Part shown: piece after piece, positions 56,068 to 64,000 of the stretch | Layout of the letters: each line of letters starts with the position of its first letter | How positions within the stretch are numbered: position 1 is the stretch's first letter | Source of the DNA: Escherichia phage JM17 | Sequence record: PP400779 | Reading direction: 5' to 3' (one strand) | DNA length: 64,000 bases | Made by a program: the position numbers and the translations under genes | Notes under the pieces: model-generated | Told to the model about the DNA's origin: nothing | The model's input: only the letters and a program-made list of their open reading frames with translations | Database searches by the model: none

Positions 56068-56733
56068 TTAATAATAGCCGAAATCTTGAACAGAATCCTT
56101 AATTACGATTTGGTCGAAACGAGGAACGTGATTAGCCTCAGACGCCGGATTCTGTGAGAAAAAGTTTGGTGCTGTTAAAGTACCAGTCATGGTATCGCCT
56201 TTACGCAATACACGGGAATTTGCGTTATCCGTAACAATATTTATTCGTCCATCAACATAGTCCTTTCTAGTAAGGTCATTCGCTGCTATAGGAGCAGACA
56301 TATCGCTTCTTACTTGTCCTGAAGCAGATACAACGCCTTTTGTATTAATATCACCATTACGTGTATTGATTACTACAGTTCTACCCGCTGTTCCTTGTGA
56401 TGATTTAAAACCAATACCATACCATGAAACAATATCAATATTTGCTGTAACAAAAGTAGCTGCATCACCATTACCTGGATAAATACCAGATTGATTTGTA
56501 TTGTTTATAGCATATGGTATTTGAACACCGCCGTTAAATGTTACCTTTGATGCATAAGTACCACCATTAGCTTTAGAAACGAAATCGTTATCAGCAGCTT
56601 GTGGTTTATTATATTCTGAATAGAGTTTAAACGTTTTATACAGGACGTCATCACCTGCTGGCATTAAAGGGAAATTACCTTGATGCCATATAACAGCACC
56701 GCCAGTTGTACTACCAGCTTTTAAATCGGCCAT
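56068..56733 (-). CDS. 36: tail fibre protein gp36
   Basis: 221 aa, same length as T4 gp36; late promoter upstream. Confidence 0.75.
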   Translation of the reverse strand: MADLKAGSTTGGAVIWHQGNFPLMPAGDDVLYKTFKLYSEYNKPQAADNDFVSKANGGTYASKVTFNGGVQIPYAINNTNQSGIYPGNGDAATFVTANIDIVSWYGIGFKSSQGTAGRTVVINTRNGDINTKGVVSASGQVRSDMSAPIAANDLTRKDYVDGRINIVTDNANSRVLRKGDTMTGTLTAPNFFSQNPASEANHVPRFDQIVIKDSVQDFGYY

Positions 56734-56757
56734 AGTTGTCTCCTTATATGTATACCA

Positions 56758-56765
56758 TATTTATA
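56758..56765 (-). promoter_or_regulatory. late promoter (TATAAATA) for gene 36
   Basis: plus-strand tatttata = minus TATAAATA about 25 nt upstream of gene 36 ATG. Confidence 0.6.
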
Positions 56766-56772
56766 CAAAAAT

Positions 56773-56790
56773 GGGAGACCGAAGTCTCCC
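56773..56790 (-). terminator. UUCG hairpin terminator after gene 35
   Basis: minus strand gggagac-ttcg-gtctccc followed by auuuuug. Confidence 0.55.
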
Positions 56791-56795
56791 TAAAT

Positions 56796-57923
56796 TTATT
56801 CTGATGCTTCTTTAAATTCTTGTCCAAATACCTTACCAGTATCAGTTGAAGATTGAGTAGGTAGTGTCATTATGTCTGGAGTATTTAAAGATTCTGAAAC
56901 ATAATTTACACGAATACCATTTATACCAAACTCAGCAGGTTTTGAAACGCTTCCATTACATGATACTTCAGTGAATATAACGTTTCTTAATCCGCCTTGC
57001 CCGACTGGGGCCGTACGATAACAATAAATCGTGAACCCGTCAGCACCGGCAGGAATTTCTATGTAGTCTTCATATATCTTCCATTCACCTGCAGCCCCAT
57101 CAAAGTTTGTATCCTTAAATGAAATAGGTGAAGTAGAAGGAGATTTAAAGAAACGAATAGAAAGTCGTGTCGTCCCTTGTGCTAACAAATCGGCATCGGC
57201 CATTAGTTGGAATTTCATATAAAGGAAATCTCCAGGCTTCAATTTATACCCAGCGAGAGGTGTAATAACGGACGTTGTAGGCATCCTTTTAATTTCATTA
57301 TTAGTACCTCCAACAACAGATAAAAATGTGTCTGTCGATTCGTACGTACGACTAGGGAAGCCGGTAGCACCAATATCATCGATCGTGTCGTACACAACAT
57401 CAAGTGGTGTACTATAGTCGGTTGAAGTTTTCTTATTACTATACTTAATATGTTCTAGTGCTATAGCATTCTTACCAGAAATATAAAATGCCGAATAAGA
57501 AATGTCCACTATATTTAAAACTTGTTGAGCTAATGGAATAGAAGAACTTCCGGCTTTATTAAACCATGCAAGAACTTCTGGCGGAAAGTTTGTTTTAGCG
57601 TTAGTAACAAGAGCAAATATAAAATTTGAAGCATATGTGTCCATGAAAGTAACAAATGCACTTGACGTGGCGTCGTTTTCAGTAGAGAAATTATATGTCT
57701 TAGATTCAACTACTGCACCCGTTGTAGGATTTATTACACGAACGTTTAATCCAACGGAAAAAACCTGGGACCCAAGTGGATTATCCTGGAACTTAATATA
57801 AGCAGGAGATGTTGATAGCGGGCAAGAGCCCGCTATGCTTAATTTAAATCGTACTGAATTGCTTTCCGATAAAAATGGCGTTTGGACGTATCCTTGTCCA
57901 AACTTAGCCATAAATTTTTCCAT
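56796..57923 (-). CDS. 35: tail fibre hinge protein gp35
   Basis: 375 aa (T4 gp35 is about 372 aa); position between 34 and 36. Confidence 0.75.
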   Translation of the reverse strand: MEKFMAKFGQGYVQTPFLSESNSVRFKLSIAGSCPLSTSPAYIKFQDNPLGSQVFSVGLNVRVINPTTGAVVESKTYNFSTENDATSSAFVTFMDTYASNFIFALVTNAKTNFPPEVLAWFNKAGSSSIPLAQQVLNIVDISYSAFYISGKNAIALEHIKYSNKKTSTDYSTPLDVVYDTIDDIGATGFPSRTYESTDTFLSVVGGTNNEIKRMPTTSVITPLAGYKLKPGDFLYMKFQLMADADLLAQGTTRLSIRFFKSPSTSPISFKDTNFDGAAGEWKIYEDYIEIPAGADGFTIYCYRTAPVGQGGLRNVIFTEVSCNGSVSKPAEFGINGIRVNYVSESLNTPDIMTLPTQSSTDTGKVFGQEFKEASE

Positions 57924-57931
57924 AATACCTC

Positions 57932-60900
57932 TTATTCAATCCACTCGAATTTAACAGATTTATTCACAGGGTCTGGAATAATGCGGACATTACCAATCCT
58001 TAAGAAATCCCTTATTGTCAAGTTTCCGATTGTTGCATTATCAGAAGGTAAAGCACCAATATCAGATGGCTGAGGAGGGTTACCCCCATCAAATACTTGA
58101 ACAAAACTTGACCAAGAATTTTTAGTTTTCTGCCATGTACGAGTCCAACGGGTTGTACGTGCTTCTGGAGTTGTTGGATAAGTAATCCAATCTTGGTAAA
58201 GTGAATCAAGTGTGTTACCAAACTGAGTCAATGTACCAGGAGATTTAACTTCTTCGCCACGTTCTAAGTATGGAAGCCCAGTCACTTCATTAGTTTTTTC
58301 AACCATTTTAAAATAACCTGGGAACTGGTTATAAGTGGCTGAATCGTTAATATCAATTGACCAGAATCCTACATTATCAGATGTTGGCGCACGGGTATAT
58401 AAATCGGATGTTTTAGTACCCTGAGAACGAATTCTCGAGTTAACAGTCAAACCGCCAGAATTTATAGTAGCACCATTGGCAATGATTAAGCCTTCACCAA
58501 TTGTAATCTGACCGGATTGGTTATTAATTGATAATGGACGTAATCCATTAAATCCACCGGTCTGATCACCTGATGCAGTAAGCATAAAATATGTGCTGCC
58601 TCCATCATTGCGAATAAAGAATCCGTAATCACCACTAATTGCTCTGAAAGCATTTGCAGACTTGCTAATGAATTCGCCATTGGCTGTAACTGAACGACCA
58701 AATGTTGCAACGCCATTCGCATTTAACGTGCCTGAAGCGTTAACATTTATTGGCATCACAGTACCATTGATACTAAACGTTATATTCCCGGCTTTATTAC
58801 GTTGAGAATAAAAGTGATTAGATGTTTCATCGCCAACTTCAAATACAGTAGAACGTGTTGTATCTGAACCATCACCAAATTCATTTCCACAAACTCTGAT
58901 AGTCATCGTCTGTGCCGGGTTAGTTCCAGTTTGAGGTCCTTTCTCAAAAATCAGACGAGTTGCCGTTCCAGTATTAGAAATAGTTAATGTACTATTTGCC
59001 GAAACTGAACCACCAAACGTAGCAGTACTAGTTGATACAAGAGGGGCACTCAGATTCGTTTGTTGGGTTAAGGTTAGTGAACCATTAACCGTCTGTGCAA
59101 TGTCCCTACGAATGAACTGAGATGAATCTAGGCCATCTAATAAATTTGCGTCAGCAGCTTTTGCTTTTAATGGCAAATAGTTAGCAAGTACACGGTTTAA
59201 TTCATATGGAGAAATAGCATAACTATTTTTTTCATATGATTCTAAAGGTTGTGTTGAACCAACTGTATCATTACCAACGAATGTAATTGAACCAGATGAA
59301 GTTTTAACAAAACCTCTTATTGCAGTAGTAGCAGCCCATGTCGGTTCATTCTGGACAATCCATTTTAAATTCTTAGGAGATACAGCAGTATTAGCAGAAG
59401 TTCCTGTTACAGTTTCAGCCTGAGTAGCAACCTTAATTACGCCTTCAGACGTTTCAGTGGACTTAGTCCCTAAAAGCTTTTTAGGAGTAATAAGAACATC
59501 ATCTAAAGTTCCTGCATTAGATTCTGCTTGGGTCGCTACACGAAGTGTACCACGTTGTGTTTCATTTGCTTTAGAAATATCAAGAGTATAATGGTTCCAC
59601 AAGGTTCCTTCTTCAATAAGTCCGGAATCAGAATTAACACTGGTACGGTCAGAAGAATCAAAATGAGTTTTAATTTTCAGTGGAGTTGAGATACGAGTAT
59701 CGTCAGTTCCAGTATCAAATTCAACTTGCGTAGCAAGTTCGGCTATGCCGGATAATCCTTCCGTAGCTTTCCTATCATTTAACGTCTTAGGCGTTACTGC
59801 ACGTGTATAATCAGTCCCAGCATTAGTTTCTGTTTGCGTAGCAATTTCAATTAAACCAATACGTCCATCAGTAGAAGTTTTCTTATGTAGTGTTTCAGGA
59901 GTTACTACAGCGTGAGAATAACCTGCTTGTGATTGACCAGCAATTACTTCACTATCAACAGCTAAAATTACTGCACCTTGTTGAGCATAAGTTGCTTTAT
60001 ATTGGTCAAGGGCTTTAGGAGAAATAGTTAAATTATTTACGGTTTTATTATAAACGTTAGTGCCTGCAGCACCACGAGTTTCAGCAGGAGTAGCAGAAGT
60101 AGTTGATACATATTTAACTATACCTGATAGTGTTTCAGAACCCTGACGTGCCTGCAATTTCTTAGGTGTAATAATCGTTGTGTCATCAAGACCAGCATCG
60201 GTTTCGGCCTGAGTAGCAATTTCTGCAAGACCGCGACGAGTTTCAGTTGCTGTACGCTCATTTAGTTTTTTAGGCGTAACAATAGTATCGTCCACAAATG
60301 ATGCTGTGGAATTCTGGTTAACTTGTGCTGTTGTAGCAATTTTAGCGATACCACGTCGAGCTTCAGTTGCTGTACGATTTGCCAACGTTTCAGGAGTAAT
60401 AGCCACTTCTTTAGCTGGAGTATTCTCTAAATCAACATTTGCTTGCGCTTGAGTAGCAAGAGCAATAACACCTAAACGAGCTCGTGTAGCATCAGTTCCA
60501 GCATCAACACGTTCTACAGTTGGGACGTTTTGTTGAACAACCCAATAACGTGTACCAGCAACGGTGTCTTCGATATACGCTAATTCTAATACAGGAACAT
60601 ATGAAGTAGTGCCATTGAATTCTAGTTCAGTAACAGAGACCCATTGAGCATCAGGTGGATATTCAGAACGTTTAGGGAACTGAAGCAATGCAACAGAAGA
60701 AGCAATTGTATCACCTTCGGCAGCTTTAATTTTTACTGTTTGGCCTTTACGCATGTAGTTCATTGAAATTTTAACAGTGTCACCACTCAAAATTCCGGAA
60801 GGCAGCGTAAGATTAATAGTTCCGGCTGTACCGTTATTTGTGCCAAAAATAAGAACTTCTTCATTTGGTCGAATATTTGAATCCGCACGGATAATACGAA

Positions 60901-61807
60901 GACGCGATTTCTGGTCGCCTTCCCATATACGCCATAAACTATTTGCAGCATCAAAAACAAAAAACGCGTCAGAGTCATTTCTGCCTTCGGCAATATGAGT
61001 CCCGACTTCACCAATAGACGTTGTATCATCAAATGTTTTAACAATTGTATGATACAGTGGGTTTAATCTATCTAAATCGACTAGGCTGATTATATCACCA
61101 TTGTTAGCATTACGTGGAAGTGTAATGTTGATTGGTGCTGCACTAGTAAAACGACGAACGATAAAATCATTTGCTTGTGCTTGATATGGTGACGCAGGTG
61201 TAACAGTGATTGATTCTTTACCATAATCGGTAATATACATCTGCCACAAACGATTACTAAACACAAACAATAGTTGTGAACGCGGACGCGTCATTAAAAC
61301 CGTACGAACTTGTTCACCTCTAAAGTTTAAAATACTCTGTACAGACGCGTTAATCTGTACTTTAACTGTCCCGGTTCTTCCACCAATATCAGCCAAAACA
61401 ACAGTATCGCCATCAACCGGCGTATTCGGCAACGTGAAAACCATATCATTGCCGGCACCAGTGTTAACCGAAATCGATTCACCTGAAGAAAGTTGATAAG
61501 TCCCAGAAGCGACAGTTATCCATTGCGCGTCGGTACGAACTGCACGCCATTGTAAAAGGTTAAATGCCCCGGAAGGAGACACGATATCATTTATTGCTTG
61601 ATATAAACGGTTGTCATAAAGAACAACAAATCCTTTGTTATATCCACGTGTAGAATCATATACTTGAACGGTGTTTTCTTGTACCAGGAAGTCAACGTTT
61701 ACGCCATCAGTACCTACTGTACGGTCGGCTAATGCTACGTTAACAATCTTGTCGCCACCGGCGTCCAGACCGTCTTCGGCTCTGAACTTACGTTTGATGT
61801 CGGCCAT
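57932..61807 (-). CDS. 34: proximal long tail fibre subunit gp34
   Basis: 1291 aa; N-terminus MADIKRKFRAEDGLDAGGDKIVNVALADRTVGTDGVNVD close to remembered T4 gp34; internal TPKKL..ATE.RRG repeats. Confidence 0.9.
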   Translation of the reverse strand: MADIKRKFRAEDGLDAGGDKIVNVALADRTVGTDGVNVDFLVQENTVQVYDSTRGYNKGFVVLYDNRLYQAINDIVSPSGAFNLLQWRAVRTDAQWITVASGTYQLSSGESISVNTGAGNDMVFTLPNTPVDGDTVVLADIGGRTGTVKVQINASVQSILNFRGEQVRTVLMTRPRSQLLFVFSNRLWQMYITDYGKESITVTPASPYQAQANDFIVRRFTSAAPINITLPRNANNGDIISLVDLDRLNPLYHTIVKTFDDTTSIGEVGTHIAEGRNDSDAFFVFDAANSLWRIWEGDQKSRLRIIRADSNIRPNEEVLIFGTNNGTAGTINLTLPSGILSGDTVKISMNYMRKGQTVKIKAAEGDTIASSVALLQFPKRSEYPPDAQWVSVTELEFNGTTSYVPVLELAYIEDTVAGTRYWVVQQNVPTVERVDAGTDATRARLGVIALATQAQANVDLENTPAKEVAITPETLANRTATEARRGIAKIATTAQVNQNSTASFVDDTIVTPKKLNERTATETRRGLAEIATQAETDAGLDDTTIITPKKLQARQGSETLSGIVKYVSTTSATPAETRGAAGTNVYNKTVNNLTISPKALDQYKATYAQQGAVILAVDSEVIAGQSQAGYSHAVVTPETLHKKTSTDGRIGLIEIATQTETNAGTDYTRAVTPKTLNDRKATEGLSGIAELATQVEFDTGTDDTRISTPLKIKTHFDSSDRTSVNSDSGLIEEGTLWNHYTLDISKANETQRGTLRVATQAESNAGTLDDVLITPKKLLGTKSTETSEGVIKVATQAETVTGTSANTAVSPKNLKWIVQNEPTWAATTAIRGFVKTSSGSITFVGNDTVGSTQPLESYEKNSYAISPYELNRVLANYLPLKAKAADANLLDGLDSSQFIRRDIAQTVNGSLTLTQQTNLSAPLVSTSTATFGGSVSANSTLTISNTGTATRLIFEKGPQTGTNPAQTMTIRVCGNEFGDGSDTTRSTVFEVGDETSNHFYSQRNKAGNITFSINGTVMPINVNASGTLNANGVATFGRSVTANGEFISKSANAFRAISGDYGFFIRNDGGSTYFMLTASGDQTGGFNGLRPLSINNQSGQITIGEGLIIANGATINSGGLTVNSRIRSQGTKTSDLYTRAPTSDNVGFWSIDINDSATYNQFPGYFKMVEKTNEVTGLPYLERGEEVKSPGTLTQFGNTLDSLYQDWITYPTTPEARTTRWTRTWQKTKNSWSSFVQVFDGGNPPQPSDIGALPSDNATIGNLTIRDFLRIGNVRIIPDPVNKSVKFEWIE

Positions 61808-61837
61808 TCGTTTTTCCTTTATTGTTTCAATAATACT

Positions 61838-61845
61838 TATTTATA
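61838..61845 (-). promoter_or_regulatory. late promoter (TATAAATA) for gene 34
   Basis: plus tatttata = minus TATAAATA about 30 nt upstream of gene 34 ATG. Confidence 0.6.
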
Positions 61846-61847
61846 CC

Positions 61848-61878
61848 AGTTTACGCTTTCAAATGAGTGTGTTACTAT
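61848..61878 (+). promoter_or_regulatory. early-type promoter for rnh (divergent from gene 34 late promoter)
   Basis: gtttac 61848-61853, spacer about 19, tgtgttactat. Confidence 0.4.
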
Positions 61879-61910
61879 AGACAAGTTGACTAACTGAACA
61901 AGAGGTTCAT

Positions 61911-62828
61911 ATGGATTTAGAAATGATGTTGGATGAAGATTACAAAGAAGGTATTGCACTTGCTGACTTTAGTAACATTGCATTGGCAGCCGCATTAAAC
62001 AACTTTGAAGACGGCGATAAAATTACCGTTCCGATGGTTCGCCATGTAATCTTGAATTCAATTCGTAAAAACGTAGTGATGTTCCGTAAGCAAGGCTATA
62101 CAAAATTTGTATTGTGTATGGATAATGCTACTTCGGGTTATTGGCGTCGTGACTTTGCTTACTATTACAAGAAAAATCGTAAAACCGATCGTGAAGCTTC
62201 AAAGTGGGATTGGGAAGGATATTTTACTGCACTCCATCAAGTTGTTGATGAGATTAAGAAATACATGCCATACGTTGTAATGGATATTGACAAGTATGAA
62301 GCGGATGACCATATCGGTGTATTAACTAAATATTTGTCATTAGCTGGACATAAAGTATGTATTGTTGCATCGGATGGCGACTTTACACAATTACACAAAT
62401 ATCCTAACGTTAAACAGTGGTCGCCACCACAGAAAAAATGGGTTAAAATTAAGAATGGTTCTGCTGAAATTGATTGCATGACTAAAATTCTTAAAGGTGA
62501 CCGTAAGGATGGTGTTGCATCTGTTCGAGTTCGTGGCGACTTCTGGTTTACCAGAGTTGATGGTGAACGAACTCCGAGTATGAAAACATCGATTATTGAA
62601 GCAATTGCCAACGACCGTTCTCAAGCTGAAGTATTATTAAGTGCAGAAGAATATAAACGGTATCAAGAAAATTTGGTTCTCATTGATTTTGATTATATCC
62701 CTGATAATATTGCTTCAACCATTATAGAGTATTATAACTCATATAAACAACAACCTAAAGGCAAGATTTATTCATACTTTGTAAAATCTGGTCTTTCTAA
62801 ATTATCAAGTGTAATTAATGAATTCTGA
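61911..62828 (+). CDS. rnh: RNase H (5'-3' exonuclease, FEN-family)
   Basis: 305 aa; MDLEMMLDEDYKEG...YWRRDFAYYYKKNR...SDGDFTQL closely matches remembered T4 RNase H. Confidence 0.9.
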   Translation: MDLEMMLDEDYKEGIALADFSNIALAAALNNFEDGDKITVPMVRHVILNSIRKNVVMFRKQGYTKFVLCMDNATSGYWRRDFAYYYKKNRKTDREASKWDWEGYFTALHQVVDEIKKYMPYVVMDIDKYEADDHIGVLTKYLSLAGHKVCIVASDGDFTQLHKYPNVKQWSPPQKKWVKIKNGSAEIDCMTKILKGDRKDGVASVRVRGDFWFTRVDGERTPSMKTSIIEAIANDRSQAEVLLSAEEYKRYQENLVLIDFDYIPDNIASTIIEYYNSYKQQPKGKIYSYFVKSGLSKLSSVINEF

Positions 62829-62835
62829 GGTAAAC

Positions 62836-63105
62836 ATGGCTAAGAAAGAAGCAGTTGAATTTAATCAAGATGTGCACGGTGAAGAACTGGCTAAACTAGT
62901 CAAGGAAGCTTCCGATAACAAACTTAAAATTTCTGGTTATAATGAACTGATTAAAGACATTCGTACTCGTGCTAAAGAAGAGCTTGGTGTCGATGGAAAA
63001 ATGTTTAATCGTTTGTTAGCTCTTTATCATAAAGACGCTCGTGATCAATTTGAAGCTGAAAACGAAGAGGTAGTCGAGCTTTATGACACAGTTTTCACTA
63101 AGTGA
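62836..63105 (+). CDS. dsbA: late-transcription dsDNA-binding protein DsbA
   Basis: 89 aa from ATG 62836 (RBS ctgaggtaaac); position between rnh and 33. Confidence 0.7.
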   Translation: MAKKEAVEFNQDVHGEELAKLVKEASDNKLKISGYNELIKDIRTRAKEELGVDGKMFNRLLALYHKDARDQFEAENEEVVELYDTVFTK

Positions 63106-63421
63106 TATTAAACCGGTTGATGAGGCCGATTTATCTGAACAAGAATTAGCAGTAAAACACGATAAAGATGATATCGCTAAATTGCTTGACCGACAAGAAA
63201 ACGGATTCATTATCGAATCCATGGTTGAACAATTTGGTATGTCTTATTTAGAAGCAACAACTGCTTTCTTGGAAGAAAATTCTATTCCAGAAACACAATT
63301 TGCTAAATTTATTCCTACAGGAATTGTTGAAAAAATTACAAGCGAAGCAATTGACGAAAACATGCTTCGCCCATCAGTTGCTCGTGGTGAAAAAACTAAT
63401 ACGTTAGATTTCTTATTATGA
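63083..63421 (+). CDS. 33: late-transcription co-activator gp33
   Basis: 112 aa; MTQFSLSDIKPVDE...ETQFAKFIP...KTNTLDFLL closely matches remembered T4 gp33. Confidence 0.85.
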   Translation: MTQFSLSDIKPVDEADLSEQELAVKHDKDDIAKLLDRQENGFIIESMVEQFGMSYLEATTAFLEENSIPETQFAKFIPTGIVEKITSEAIDENMLRPSVARGEKTNTLDFLL

Positions 63422-64000
63422 TTAAAATACGCATGCCTCCTGATGGAGAACGTTATATTAACGGAAAATCGGTATACAAACTATACTTGATGTGCAAACA
63501 ACATTTTAATGGTCGGTATGACGTAATCAAATATAACTGGTGCATGCGTGTTTCGGATAATGCGTATCAAAAACGCCGAGATAAATATTTCTTTGAAAAA
63601 CTAGCAGAGAAATATAAATTGAAGGAACTCACCTTGATATTCATAAGCAACTTAGTTGCTAACCAAGACGCATGGATTGGTGAGATATCAGACGCTGATG
63701 CATTAGTTTTCTATAGGGAATATATTGGACGTCTCAAACAAGCCAAGGAGACGTTTGCTGAAGACGTACGTAACATCTACTATTTCAGTAAGAAAGTTGA
63801 AGTTAGTGCGCTTCAAGAGATATTTGATTATAATAACAACGTTCAGTCGAGCTACATATTTAAATTGCTACAAAGCAATATAATTTCATTTGAAACTTTC
63901 TTATTGTTGGACTCGTTTTTGAATATTATAGATAAGCACGACGAACTCACTGATAACTTAGTCTGGCAAAATTATTCTACCAAATTAAAGGCATATCGAA
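63418..64000 (+). CDS. 59: helicase loader gp59 (5' part; runs off window end)
   Basis: ATG 63418 overlapping gene 33 stop; MIKIRMPPDGERYINGKSVYKLYLMCKQHFNGRYDVIKYNWCMRV matches remembered T4 gp59. Confidence 0.85.
   Translation, partial: MIKIRMPPDGERYINGKSVYKLYLMCKQHFNGRYDVIKYNWCMRVSDNAYQKRRDKYFFEKLAEKYKLKELTLIFISNLVANQDAWIGEISDADALVFYREYIGRLKQAKETFAEDVRNIYYFSKKVEVSALQEIFDYNNNVQSSYIFKLLQSNIISFETFLLLDSFLNIIDKHDELTDNLVWQNYSTKLKAYR

Noticed and set aside
1-64000. Prophage integration features (integrase, att sites, transposase, IS elements)
   Set aside because: No tyrosine/serine recombinase or transposase-like ORF was recognised; gene content and order are those of a virulent T4-like phage.

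Overview
This window is a T4-like (Tevenvirinae) myovirus segment, and the 903-aa DNA polymerase matches my recollection of phage RB69 gp43 (from memory, not a search), so it is RB69 or a very close relative. The + strand carries the early/middle replication-recombination block in T4 order (55, 47, 46, rpbA, 45, 44, 62, regA, 43, 42, uvsX, 40, 41, 61, 56, soc, two Mod-like ADP-ribosyltransferases, dda, dexA, fused 39, rIIA, rIIB, ndd-like, 52, motA, asiA), interspersed with many small ORFs. The - strand carries the convergent late block (t, 38, 37, 36, 35, 34), followed on + by rnh, dsbA, 33 and the 5' part of 59. Regulation shows in sequence as many GTTTAC/TATAAT-type early promoters, three TATAAATA late promoters and a family of UUCG-tetraloop terminators. 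The most interesting content is a candidate DNA-hypermodification system. Neither T4 glucosyltransferase slot holds a protein I recognise as alpha-gt or beta-gt. A sugar-nucleotide module lies between genes 43 and 42: a KdsD-type SIS isomerase, a fused nucleotidyltransferase/sugar-kinase, a HAD-like phosphatase and a U32-like protein. An unrelated 299-aa protein plus a P-loop kinase occupy the beta-gt slot, and a GT-B-like glycosyltransferase lies between 39 and rIIA. This fits the reported arabinosyl-hmC modification of RB69 DNA, but individual gene roles here are inferred from motifs and position only. Freestanding GIY-YIG homing-endonuclease genes, recurrent promoter/stem-loop cassettes and a split Shine-Dalgarno hairpin ahead of gene 38 are also present. 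All calls rest on ORF structure, motif recognition and T4 synteny; no database search was run.
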